This document shows, piece after piece, positions 36,161-48,705 of a DNA stretch of 64,000 nucleotides. This DNA comes from Squalus acanthias (lineage: Eukaryota), in NCBI GenBank assembly GCA_030390025.1, contig CM059432.1, positions 93,312,001-93,376,000 on the forward strand. Direction: 5' to 3'. A model generated the notes under the pieces. It had not been told where the DNA came from. It saw only the letters and a list, made by a program, of their open reading frames with translations, and searched no databases. Position 1 is the stretch's first letter. The number at the start of each line of letters is the position of its first letter. The translations under genes were made by a program, and so were the position numbers.

Positions 36161-37326
36161 TGTAAGAGATTCCGAAGGAGACCAAACCAATATGGTGTGG
36201 AGTGGGTATATTTTATTAATAGATTAAAAAGAACACACAGCAGTCACAGAGTCAACAAGCTGACTCACTAGCAAAACACAAATTACAGTGATTAATACAA
36301 CAGACACGATACTACCAGGTTCTGCTGCAAGGAATGTTGTCGTCAGGACTCTCTTTATGTGGAACTTCTTGTACTGTTTTATATCTTGCCTTATCTTGTT
36401 CATATTCTTTTTAGTCTAGCTATTGTGGGAGATTGATAGATCTAATCAAGGACTTGCCCCTCATCAACAACAACAGCAACAACCTGTATTTATATAGCAC
36501 CTTTAACGTAGTAAAATGTCCCAAGGCGCTTCACAGGAGCGTTATCAAACAAAATTTGACACCGAGCCATATAAGGAGTATTAGGGCAGATGATCAAAAG
36601 GTCAAAGAGGTAGGTTTTAAGGAGCGTCTTAAAGGAGGAAAGAGGTAGAGAGGCAGAGTGGTTTAGGGAGGGAATTCCAGAGCTTAATGCCTAGGCAGCT
36701 GAAGGGATGGACACCAATGGTGGAGCGATTAAAATTGGGGATGCTCAAGAGGCCAGGATTAGAAGAGCGCAGATATCTCGGAGGGTTGTGGGCTGGAGGA
36801 GATTACAGAGATAGCCATGGAGGGATTTGAAAACAAAGATGAGAATTTTAAAATCGAGGCATTGCTTAACTGGGAGCCAATGTAGGTCAGCGAGCACAGG
36901 GGTGATGGATGAACGGGACTTGGTGCAAGTTAGGACACAGGCAGCAGAGTTTCGAATGACCTCAAGTTTACGGAGGGTAGAAAGTGGTTGGCCAGCCAGG
37001 AGTGCATTGGAATAGTCAAGTCTAGAGGTAACAAAGGCAGGGATGAGGGTTTCAGCAGCAGATGAGCTGAGGCAGGGGCAGAGTCGAGTAATGTTCCGGA
37101 AATGGAAATAAGCAGTCTTAGTGATGGCGCTGATATGTGGTCGGAAGCTCATATCAGGGTCAAATATGACACTTATTATTCACAGCCCGTTCGTCTGGGT
37201 ATTGTGGGAGATCGATAGTTGCTAGATCTCATCAAGGGCATGGAACAGCATGCTGGGATACGTAGCTTTTCCAATACATAACATATCTAAATAAGCATGT
37301 ATAGGCGTTCTAGGGTATATCTTACA
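36161..37326 (-). mobile_element. Solo LTR (TG...CA, 4-bp TSD) containing an L2 insertion
   Basis: TGTAAGA ... TCTTACA termini, TSD GGGG (36157-36160, 37327-37330), AATAAA on minus near 36212-36217. Confidence 0.8.
36462..37172 (-). mobile_element. L2-clade LINE 3' fragment
   Basis: ORF 36745-37152 (AFVTSRLDYSN, LHWLPV) and (TTG)n tail. Confidence 0.9.
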
Positions 37327-39984
37327 GGGGTGACCTGATAGAGGTCTTTAAGATTATGAAAGGGTTTAATAGGGCACATGTAAATAAGTTGATTCCACTT
37401 GTGGTGTAGACCAAAACTAGGGGACTATAAATATAAGACAGTCACTAATAAATCCAAAAGGAAATTCAGGAGAAACTTCTTTACCCAGAGAGTGGTTAGA
37501 ATGTGAAACAAGGAGGAGCTAAGGCAAATAGCATAGATATTCTGGTGAGTGGGAAAGGAAGGGTATGCTGATAGGGTTAGATAAAGAAGGGATGGAGGAG
37601 GCTCGTGTGGAGCATAAACATCGGCATAGACCAGTTGGGCCGAATGACCTGTTTCTGTGCTGTACATTCTATGTAATTCTATGTAACTTACTTGGGCCCC
37701 TTCTGGCCACAGTCCTGCCTGCTACCAGGTTTCAATGGTGGGCCTGGCACCAAGCTCGCTGCTGCGATCGGCTGTTAAAAAGCACATCGGGGTCCAAATG
37801 ACATAATTTATGAGGCCCTTGCCTGCCTGTAGCACGATGGTGCTTTAACCCGGCAGTTAAAATGGCGGTGGGCGAAAATGCTTTGGGAATGCACCAGGAA
37901 GCGCCCGGCCACCATTTTAATCACCCGCCCACCTTTCCCGCCAAGCGGGCAGGGTTAAAATTGAGCCTATTTCGTTGAATGTCCCAATACCTCTGTAGTT
38001 AGAGACTTTTATGCAAGTTATAACATTTTGTATTTGTGGTTTAGAAATTAATAAAAAATCTCTTGGGATTGGACGATTAGCTTTATGCAACAGCAGCTAA
38101 AATCTTTCCGGAGAGATGTAGAACGGGGGGCTGCTCCGATATTGCCCGTTTTATACTAGTGCCCAAACTCAAAATTACCCGCATTGGCTTGTTGGCTCTA
38201 TTATTGCATTTTTGTTTTATAAAACCCCGTCATGATATCTGCATATTTAGTGAGAAATCTATTCGAGTCCAAAAGGACTCCTTTTAGGCTATTCACTGAG
38301 AGAAATCTCGAATGAGGAAATTCACTGCTACTGCAGTATATGTTTTTTGGCTAGGTATTATTTTTCTGCTGCAGCAAAGGGCCTTTGAAGGAGGCCATAG
38401 CAAAAACAGTACAGTATCTCTTATTAATCTGGTTAATTTGTAGCTAGTAAATTTGTACTTTTTAGTACTGAAACCTAAAGGACTTCCTTGTAAATTGGCC
38501 CTGTTCCATCTGTCTTATATAGTTGTGTTGTAGCGCTTCCAAATAATTTGTACGTTAAGTAAATAATTGGCTTGAAAACCTACCTCAGTGTAGTTAATTG
38601 GGACATAAAATGCTGGTATTGGTTTTGGCTTGCTCATACATTTCTAACATAGTTAAATATAAAGACTAATGTTTAACATCTATGGGAAATAGTAATGCAA
38701 TATCAGTGGGAACAACAGCAGTTACTGCTGTTGGAATATTACAGTAAAGGCAGCAACCCGATTCTGTTGTCGACCTGATGCAAGATTTGGTAGGTAAACA
38801 GACGCAGAGATACACAAAGATGGAGAGGCAGGCAGACAGAGACACACACAAAGAGAGACAGATCCAGAGAGAGACTGACAGAGATTCCAAAATGGACAGC
38901 CACAGTTTTTTCTATTTTTTGTAATCCATAAGCAATGCCATTGGCAATCAACTATACTTAATGCAAGTGATTTGGTGCAGCAAATTTGCCAAAATTCCGA
39001 GACAGCTATAAGAAAATGGGAAAGGTTTCCTGCAGCCACAGTAGATACTTTTCTCACGGTTTTTCTCCTCATCAGCACTTCGATTTTAATCATCAGTATA
39101 TTTAAAAAATGTCTATGGTCTGCCTCACCCAGCCTGCCTAAAACGTTTCCAGCTGGTTACAGTAACAGTTGGCTAGACAATTGCAAATGCTTAGTTCACC
39201 GGCAATGTTTAAAATCAAAGTTTGGATTACATTGGCAGTAAGCGGAATGCACACTGAAAGTACGAGTAAACAACTGGCTACCTTCTTCACTCTTGCGTAG
39301 ATTAAGAGAGGCAGAACACCGTCTCTTTAAAACATACCACTGATTAAAATTAAAGTGCTGGTGAGTAGAGAAAATGATAGGGAAAGTTCCACTTTAGGAT
39401 GAAAAGAAGAAGATTTGTTCCAGGATATTACACTACAACAATTCACTTGCTTTAACTAGAATATATTTTACGTTCCATGGTATAACACTCCTGTTATCAT
39501 AAAAGAGCATATCCCCTGAGCAATACCACAGGAGATCTGTTAATTAATTTAACAAATGGAACGCAGGTATTAATGTCACGTCTGAGATAGTTCCTGTGTC
39601 CCACTTAAACATCTTGGTGTAAGTCCCCAACCCCCGACTCTGCTCCCCCCTTATGCCAATCACCTTGTTTGGGGTGGACACAAAAGCCTGACAACTACAG
39701 CGCAACGGCAGGACCTGGAGTATCTGGGTCCCTGTTTAGATTGTGGCTGACACCTACTACGGAGGAGTATGCGGGAAGGGCTGCAGATTTTGAACGCCCC
39801 CAGATGTCTACATCCAACAGATACATCTTGCACATTATGTTGCTGTGTATTCACAGCTTTGAAAATGGTAAGAGAAAAAAACGAAATACACTAATTTATC
39901 ACCTGTGGGTTGCACACAGACAGTCAAGACCAAGTGCATTATTTAGGTCAAGCATGGTTAAAAGGTAAGGGAATAATTGGACCC

Positions 39985-40450
39985 AAGCAAGAGAAGGGGG
40001 AGGAGGGAGGAAAGAGGAAGAGGCGGATTGGGGGAGAAGAGGAGGAGAGGGGGAGAGTAAGATGGGGGGACAGGAGATGGGATGGGTATGGGAGAGACAA
40101 ATTGTAGGGGAGAGGAGATGGGGAGATGGGAAAAGAAAAGAGAGTATGAAGAAAAGAGGAGAGGAAAGGGAGGAGAAGAGGGATACAAAGGGGGGTAGCT
40201 AGAGGATGGGGAGGTGAGCATAAGGGAGAAAGGAAGGCAAGTGAGGAGAAGTGGAAGAACAGGAAAGGAGGAGGCGGGAGAGTGAAAAGGAAGAAAGGGG
40301 AGCAGGAGGGGAGAGGGAAGGGAGGAAAGGTTAGGGGTGTGGGGGAAAGGAGAGGGGGAGAGTAAAGACAGAGGAAGGGGCAGGGGAGGGAAGTGCAGAG
40401 GGGGGTGGAGAGAGAAGAAGAGAGAAGGTTAAGGATTAGGGGTGGAAGAA
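39985..40450. repeat. Polypurine (GA-rich) low-complexity tract
   Basis: About 460 bp almost entirely G/A on plus. Confidence 0.85.
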
Positions 40451-42420
40451 TGTGGTAGGGCATCGGGGGAGGAGTCAGGGTGGGTGCACAAGGAGTCAGG
40501 GCAAGTAAAGGCAGGAAACTATGTCATCAGGGAGGTTGTGATGTGCTTCCCCAATCCTAGACATGTCCCACTTGTGGCGGGGGGGCGGGGGGGGAAGCAG
40601 AAAGCTGTGATTTCCACCCCGTTATGTCAATATCTTCCTTGCAGTCGGGGGGAGGGGGGTGTGGAGTAGTGAGGGGCTACATGTTCCCTTCCCAACTGCT
40701 CCCAAAATTTGTTTCCTCGAAGGGAGGAGAAAAATCAAAATCTAGCTTTCCTCCTGCCTTGGTGACGGAGCTGGGTTTGTGGGGGGGGTGGGTGGGGGTG
40801 CAGAATTGAGGCCCACAAATGCCTCTCAATGGGATTGTGCTTAGGATCACTTTCCCTTCCACTCTGTTCCCGAAATGCCCCTCACTGGTGGAGGGGGCCA
40901 AATTCTTTCCCATCCATGCCCCGAAATTATTCTTAATTGTTGGGGGGGGGGGGGTGGGGGCGGTGGTGGTTTGTCAAGTCGAACACTACTCCTGAGTAGA
41001 GAGGAGTGTCAAGGTGCTCATTGCTGCTTTGTGGGGAAGAGGAGTTGACAGAAATGCTGCTCATTGTGGGGAGGTAAAAGAAAGTGAAAGTAGTATAGGA
41101 GAGAACTGTACAGTGAGGGAGAAGTAACATTTATAGTATTGTCTTACGATAGCATATCCAGTGTTCGGCTGGCTTCACCAAAGGCATACCATGCTGGCGG
41201 CACTGAGGGTGTAGCAGTACTTATGTGCGAGACGTGCACTTAAGGCAAGGAAGGCCTAGAGAGCTACAATATCATGAAAAGTGCTTCATCTTCGGCTTTG
41301 TGCATGGGGCGGAGGACCAGGTGTCACGGGTGCAGTGTGTCGCTTAACCAGTGGGAGGAGGGGGTGGCACGATGGTAAGGGACAACCCTCTCCTAGCGAT
41401 GCAAAGGAAATAGTTGAACACATTTGTTTTAGCAATAAGGTAAGTTTAGATTTCACATGGAGATTTTCTTACCTTTTACTTAGCACAGATTCTCCAGCAA
41501 GATAGGAAGACCTCAGTTCATGCCACAATCCATCCAGCAATTGCAGGTAGGCTTAAGGCAGTGCTTTTTGCCATTAGACAATATATACTGCAACTATATA
41601 AATCAAGTATAAAGAGTTAGGCTGTCACATAACATTTGCTAAATAGCAATGCCCTTCCTATCACAGCACCATCAGCAAGTGTAACTGCCACTGCATCTTA
41701 ACATTGACATATGATTTTCCCATTGACAAAGCCTTACATAGGAATTTTCAATGCATTTTGAAATGGAATGTTATGAACTACTGATCGATTTTAATATATA
41801 ATAGATGTAGGCAAAGGAATATATATATAAATAAAATAAAGACCATTCGTTTACAAGTTGTGGAAATCAATTCCCAAAGCACCAGTAAAGTAAAATCCCA
41901 GAACATTATTGAATGAAAATGGAATTTAACTTATTCAGTCACTGTGGCCCTCATGCTTTGCCCTACAGGACATAAACAGCCCTTTAGTTATAAAAAGGCA
42001 ATTCCTCTGACTTACTGTGAGCAATGCCATAAGAGATCAACCTGTTTAACAAAAGTGGTGAATATAGTGTGCATTTCCTGTACATCCAACACATTTCTTG
42101 TGTTACACTTTCAAGTCACCTTATAGACAATTTTCTTGCAGCTGATTGGCTCAAATTAAATTTTCATAAAATAGCAAAAAAAATACAAGCAGGACTGAAA
42201 TTCCAATTTTACCAATAAAAGTAACAATTATAATGCAACAAATCCATAAAAAATTAGACAATTCAAAATAAAATTATTAGTGTTACTTATAGAATTTCCT
42301 GTACAGTGTTCTATATCTCTGCAAGACATTTTCTTCATGAGTCCTCCTCTTCACTTGGTAACCAAGGCTCAAACGACAGTTGCTTTCCTTCTACACCGGC
42401 CCAACTGTATCCCAACAAAG

Positions 42421-43603
42421 CCCTACTCCTTCCTCACAATACAGTACCTTCCCACTTGGCCCAACTCCTTCCTCACAATACAGTGCCTTCCTGCTTGGCC
42501 CAACTCCTTCCTCACAATACAGTGCCTTCCCACTTGGCCCAACTCCTTCCTCACAATACAGTACCTTCCCACTTGGCCCAACTCCTTCCTCACAATACAG
42601 TGCCTTCCCACTTGGCCCAACTCCTTCCTCACAATACAGTACCTTCCCACTTGGCCCAACTCCTTCCTCACAATACAGTGCCTTCCTGCTTGGCCCAACT
42701 CCTTCCTCACAATACAGTGCCTTCCCACTTGGCCCAACTCCTTCCTCACAATACAGTACCTTCCCACTTGGCCCAACTCCTTCCTCACAATACAGTGCCT
42801 TCCTGCTTGGCCCAACTCCTTCCTCACAATACAGTGCCTTCCTGCTTGGCCCAACTCCTTCCTCACAATACAGTGCCTTCCCACTTGGCCCAACTCCTTC
42901 CTCACAATACAGTACCTTCCCACTTGGCCCAACTCCTTCCTCACAATACAGTGCCTTCCTGCTTGGCCCAACTCCTTCCTCACAATACAGTACCTTCCCA
43001 CTTGGCCCAACTCCTTCCTCACAATACAGTGCCTTCCCACTTGGCCCAACTCCTTCCTCACAATACAGTGCCTTCCTGCTTGGCCCAACTCCTTCCTCAC
43101 AATACAGTGCCTTCCCACTTGGCCCAACTCCTTCCTCACAATACAGTGCCTTCCCACTTGGCCCAACTCCTTCCTCACAATACAGTGCCTTCCCACTTGG
43201 CCCAACTCCTTCCTCACAATACAGTGCCTTCCTACTTGGCCCAACTCCTTCCTCACAATACAGTGCCTTCCTGCTTGGCCCAACTCCTTCCTCACAATAC
43301 AGTGCCTTCCTACTTGGCCCAACTCCTTCCTCACAATACAGTGCCTTCCCGCTTGGCCCAACTCCTTCCTCACAATACAGTGCCTTCCCACTTGGCCCAA
43401 CTCCTTCCTCACAATACAGTGCCTTCCCGCTTGGCCCAACTCCTTCCTCACAATACAGTGCCTTCCCGCTTGGCCCAACTCCTTCCTCACAATACAGTGC
43501 CTTCCTGCTTGGCCCAACTCCTTCCTCACAATACAGTGCCTTCCCGCTTGGCCCAACTCCTTCCTCACAATACAGTGCCTTCCCACTTGGCCCAACTCCT
43601 TCT
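42421..43603. repeat. 39-bp minisatellite, 30 units (CCCAACTCCTTCCTCACAATACAGTRCCTTCYRCTTGG-type)
   Basis: 13-aa periodic ORFs in five frames. 30 repeats counted from the translation. Confidence 0.97.
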
Positions 43604-44165
43604 TCACCATCCAACGTCTTTCTTGCAGCCACAACTCCACCCCTACCCCCTACTTTGCCACCCAGCACATTTTCCGCCACCCAACTTTCTTCCTGCCCAG
43701 GCACATGTCCTTTTTAGCCTTGGATCCTTTCCCATAGCAAGATTATCCTAACTTGGAAAAAAAAGTCTTATGCTTTAATTACAGTAATCGTTTCTTTAAA
43801 ATCTTTCAATCAACTCATAATGACAGGGATCCCAAGTTTGAGTTTTTTCTAGTTAACATTATGTTTGGAAGTGAATTTTTCTCCTGCCTTGTTGCAATTT
43901 TCAACATACTGTTCAGATTATTTTTCTCAATATCTTTGGCCAATGCAAGAACAATTTCCTATTCTCTGAAAGAGATTAGTTAACTTTGTTGAAATCACAT
44001 GCTGTATAAGATGGCATGTATATAGGATGTGCTAGTTGTGAAATACAATTAAACAATACTACTGCACTGGCGTACTCACTCAGCAATGCATGAATTATAC
44101 ATACAATGTGCATCTGCAACATATTAGTATAAAGAAGAAACATAATAATTTAACATTTATGAGTA

Positions 44166-44786
44166 AACAACAACTTGCATTTATATAGCGCCTTTAACAA
44201 AGTAAAATGTCCCATGGCACTTCACAGGAGCGAATATCAAACAAAAATTGATACCAAGCCACATAAGGAGATATTTGGACAGATGACCAAAAGCTTGGTC
44301 AAAGAGGCAGATTTTAAGGAGCCTCTTAAAGGAGAAGAGAAAAGTAGAGAGGCAGAACGGTTTAGGGAGAGAATTCCAGATCTTAGGGTCTAGGCAGCTG
44401 AAGGCACGGTCACCAATGATGGAGCAAAGAAAATCGGGGATATGCAAGAGGCCATTATTGGAGGAGTGCTTAGATCTCTGAAGGTTGTAGGGCTGGAGGA
44501 GGTTACAGAGATAGGGAGGGGCGAGGCTATGGCGGGATTTGAAAACAAGGATGAGAATTTTAAAATCGAGATGTTGCCAGACCAGGAGCCAATGTAGGCC
44601 AGTGAGCATAGGGTTGATGTGTGAACTGGACTTGGTGCGAGTTAGGATATGGGCAGCAAAGATTTGGATGAGCTCAAGCTTACGGAGGGTGCAAGGTGGG
44701 AGGCTGGACCGGAGAGCATTGGAATAGTTGAGTCGCGAGGTAACAAAGGCATGGATGAGGGTTTCAGCAGCGGATGAACTGAGGCA
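44166..44786 (-). mobile_element. L2-clade LINE 3' fragment
   Basis: LHWLLV..DFKILILVFKS..APPYL and tail AAAGGCGCTATATAAATGCAAGTTGTTG. Confidence 0.9.
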
Positions 44787-45463
44787 TTAAACAGTAAATA
44801 AATGACAAATGGCTAGGCTTGGAACTTCTGTTCCACCTATTATATCACTCCAACTGGTGCAAAACAGGGTATCCTCCAAGTCATTGTGAGCGATGCCATA
44901 GGAGATCTATTAGAAAATGCAGATGTTGAGATGTCACACTTCAACTTTCTGTATCACACTTTTTAAAAATGTATTAAAAAGGAGAAAGGAAGCCAGCCAT
45001 ATCCTGCTGATTTATTCTGACCTTGGGGAAGAGCCAGGGTTACAAGCAAATATCACTTTACAGAAAAACTCCCCCAGCAATTAGTCTCTAATTGAGCATA
45101 AGACAAACTTATTTTATAGCAATTAAACCTTGTGGCCTTAAAGAGACATGTTGTATTATATTGCTGCACCTTAGTACCAGAATAATTCATAATGTTCTAG
45201 CCTTTATTATACAGTGTATCTTCTGACTTAGCAATTTCACAGGAGATCTACTAGTATAATTGAAATTCATTTATGTGATGTCTATTACACTTTAAATCTG
45301 AATGTCACACTTTGAAATCAGTGGGAATGAAAGTCAGGAGGTTTCTATAATGCTCAGCTGATCCACAATGTCAGCTTTAAACCCAGGCAGCAAGTTGAAA
45401 ATCTACCCGTCTATTGATTACTATGTTATTCTACATGTGTGTTATCAATAAGTAAAAGTGAAT

Positions 45464-48397
45464 GGCCTGGAATTTGCGGTCCCGATGCCAGTGAACTGCC
45501 AGCGTTCGCCGTCATTTTGCCGTTGAAACTGACCGCAACTTCAGGATTTAGCGCATGCGCAGGCTTACGCCTAAATGCTGAAGTTGCAGCCTGTCATTCA
45601 CTGCTCCTCCACAGGCTGTGCTGTGCCCCCTCCCCCCACAGAGCCAGCGCAATCAGTGAAATCTCTCAAATCAGGGAAACTGATGAAAACTTTGGATCTT
45701 CTGTAGTAATAAGAACATAAGAACATAAGAAATAGGAGCAGGAATAGGCCACTTGGCCCCTAGAGCCTGCTCCACCATTCAATAAGATCATGGCTGATCT
45801 TGGGCTTAAAGCCACTTCCCTGCCCGCTCCCCATAACCCTTCACTTCCTTATCTTGCAAAAATATGTCTATCTCCACCTTAAATGCATTTAATGACCCAG
45901 CCTCCACAGCTCTCTGGGGCAGAGAATTCCAAAGATTTACGATCCTCTGAGAGAAGAAATTCCTCCTCATCTCAGTTCTAAAAGGGTGACCCTTTATTCT
46001 GAAACTATGCCCCCGAGTTCTAGATTCCCCCACGAGGGGAAACATCCTCTCTGCATCTACCTTGTCGAGCCCCCTCAGTATCTTATATGTTTCAATAAGA
46101 TCACCTCTCATTCTTCTAAATTCCAATGAGTATAGGCCCAGCCTGCTCAACCTTTCCTCATAAGTCAACCCCCTCTACTCTGGAATTAACCTAGTGAATC
46201 ATCTCTGAACTGCCTCCAATGCAAGTATATCCTTCCTTAAATAAGGAGACCAAAACTGTACGCAGTACTCAAGGTGTGGTCTCACCAATACCCTGTACAG
46301 TTGTAGCAGGACTTCCCTGCTTTTATACTCCAGCCCCCTTGAAATAAAGGCCAACATTCCATTTGCCTTTTTGATTACTTGCTGTATCTGCATGCTAACT
46401 TTTTGTGTTTCATGCACAAGGACCCCCAGGTCCCTCTGAACTGTAGCATTTTGTAATCTCTTTCCATTTAAATAATAGTTTGCTTTTTTATTTTTCCTGC
46501 CAAAGTGGATAACCTCGCACTTTTCCACATTATACTCCATCTGCCAAATGTTTGCCCACTCATTTAGCCTGTCTATATCCCTTTGCAGATTCTTTGAGTC
46601 CTCTGCACAACTTGCTTTCCCACCCATATTTGTATCATCCGCAAACTTGGCTACATTACACTCGGCCCCTTCATCCAAGTCATTAATGTAGATTGTACAT
46701 AGTTGAGGCCCCAGCACCGATTCCTGTGGCACCCCACTAGTTACCGTTTGCCAACTAGAAAATGACCCATTTATCCCGACTCTCTGCTTTCTGTTAGTTA
46801 GCCAATTCTCTATCCACGCTAACATATTACCCCCAATTCCGTGAGCTCTTATCTTATGCAGTAACCTTTTATGTGGCACCTTATCGAATGCCTTCTGGAA
46901 ATCCAAATACACCACATCCACTAGCTCACCTTTGTCCACCCTACTCGTTACATCCTCAAAGAACTCCAACAAATTTGTTAAACATGATTTCCCTTTCATA
47001 AAACCATGCTGACTCTGCTCGACTGCAATATGATTTTCCAAATGCCCTGCTACTGCTTCCTTAATGAAGGACTCCAGCATTTTCCCAATGACAGATGTTA
47101 GGCTAACTCATCCATAGTTTCCTGCTTTCTGTCTCCCTCCTTTCTTAAATAGGGGTGTTACATTTGCAGTTTTCCAATCCGCTGGGACCTCTCCAGAGTC
47201 CAGGGAATTTTGGTATATTGCAACCAATGCATCCACTATCTCTGAAGCCACTTCTTTTAAGACCCTGGGATGCAGGCCATCTGGTCCAGGGGACTTGTCG
47301 TCTTTTAGTCCCATTATTTTACCAAGTACTATTTCCTTAGTGATAGTGATTGTCTTTAGTTCCCCCCCCCCCCCTCCCTGTGGCCCCTTGATTATCCATT
47401 ATTGGGATGTTGTTAGTGTCTTCTACCATGAAGACAGATACAAAATATTTGTTCAGAGTCTCTGCCATTTCCCCATTCCCCATTATTAATTCCCCAGTCT
47501 CATCCTCTAAGGGACCAACGTTTACTTTAGCTACTCTCTTCCTTTTTATATACCTGTAGAAGCTCTTACTATCTGTTTTAATATTTCTTGACAGTTTACT
47601 CTCATAATTCATCTTCTCTCTATTATTTTTTTTAGTTATCCTTTGCTGGTTTTTAAAAATTTCCCAATCCTCTGGTCTCCCACCAATCTTGGCAACATTG
47701 TATGCCTTCATTTCAATTTGATACCATCCTTTACTTCCTTAGTTAGCCACAGATGGTGCACCCATCTCTTAAAATCTTTCTTTCTCACTGGAATATATTT
47801 TTGTTGAGAGTTATGAAATATCTTCTTAAATGTCCGCCACTGCATTTCAACTGTCTTACCCTTTAATTTATTTTTCCAGTCCACTTTAGCCAGTTCTGCC
47901 CTCATGCCATTGTAATTGCCTTTGTTTAAGATCAGGACACTGGTTTGAGATACAACTTTCTCACCTTAATACCGCTGTTAAATTCCGCACTAAAAGTTAG
48001 ACTCAAAAGGATTAGATGTAACTGGGGTTTTAACATTGTATTGAATGCTAAACAAAAGTTATGGGCCTGAAAAACTAATTTTAATTTTGTGCAGTGTCAA
48101 ATTTATCCATTTTAATAAAAAATAAAACTAAGAATTTTTTTTAAAGTTTTAATTTGAAGAGCTTACCCACATCCTGGTTTGCTGTCTGTGAGAATTCTAC
48201 GTTTTGATTGGCTGCTTAGACAGTTTGTTGATGTCACAGTAGCTCGCACTATGGGATTCCCACTATACGCCCTTGATTTAAATTATACATCAGAAAACCC
48301 AAACTTCGACACAGAGATCGCGAGATCTTTGTACAAAGCTTACTTCGGGGCCAGCGGCGAACGCCTTTGTTTCACCGTTGACCGCAAATTCCGGGCC
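45464..48397. mobile_element. Non-autonomous TIR DNA element hosting a CR1
   Basis: TIR GGCCTGGAATTTGCGGTC / GACCGCAAATTCCGGGCC (17 of 18). Flanked by AGTGAAT on both sides. Confidence 0.8.
45712..47965 (-). mobile_element. 5'-truncated CR1 LINE, ORF2 RT in several broken ORFs
   Basis: KSPGPDGLHPRVLKE, SQHGFMKGKSCLTNL, KFADDT and [13 protein letters not shown]. (CATAAGAA)n tail at about 45712-45731. Confidence 0.97.
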
Positions 48398-48705
48398 AGT
48401 GAATCTTATAACCACATGTTTGGTTGGCCTGGTCTGTTTACAATGAGTGGGTGTCTGTAGACTAGATCAGACTTAATTAAGTGGTGTTCAGCAAGTGATC
48501 ACTGTTTTAATCAGAAAGCCTGACACAACAATTATTGAGAACAAACCGTTTTATTCTCAAAATATGGTTACAATCTTAGAAAGTAGGGATCAAAACTTAG
48601 ATTATGAGGGAATTAACAACCAATAGGATCTTCGGTTAGATTATATCCATTTTGATTTCTTAAATTTGAAGCTCTTATTACTTGAAAGGTTCAGGCATAG
48701 ATATT

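Larger units (their letters stand above)
35768..37688 (+). mobile_element. CR1 3' fragment split by a solo LTR
   Basis: FGRKNK...LEYCTQF up to 36160, resuming GGGGTGACCTGATAGAGG at 37327. Ends in a (TTCTATGTAA)n tail. Confidence 0.9.
35437..37968. mobile_element. Harbinger-like MITE hosting nested insertions
   Basis: TIR AGCCCCAATTTTAAC / GTTAAAATTGAGCCT (13 of 15) and TSD ATT on both sides. Confidence 0.75.

Noticed and set aside
39660..39905. Possible extra minus-strand exon (AAG|GTGA donor near 39664)
   Set aside because: No recognisable protein similarity or convincing paired acceptor. Cannot be supported without transcripts.
39948..40463. Pro/Leu/Phe-rich 171-aa ORF
   Set aside because: Translation of a polypyrimidine low-complexity tract.
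42421..43603. CRISPR array
   Set aside because: Head-to-tail repeats with no unique spacers, no cas genes, and vertebrate context. The same applies to the 33-bp and 24-bp arrays.
42280..43751. Five long ORFs (405-485 aa) as a real repetitive protein gene
   Set aside because: They arise because the 39-bp unit is a multiple of 3 and lacks stops. Open frames on both strands with no signal peptide or splice context.
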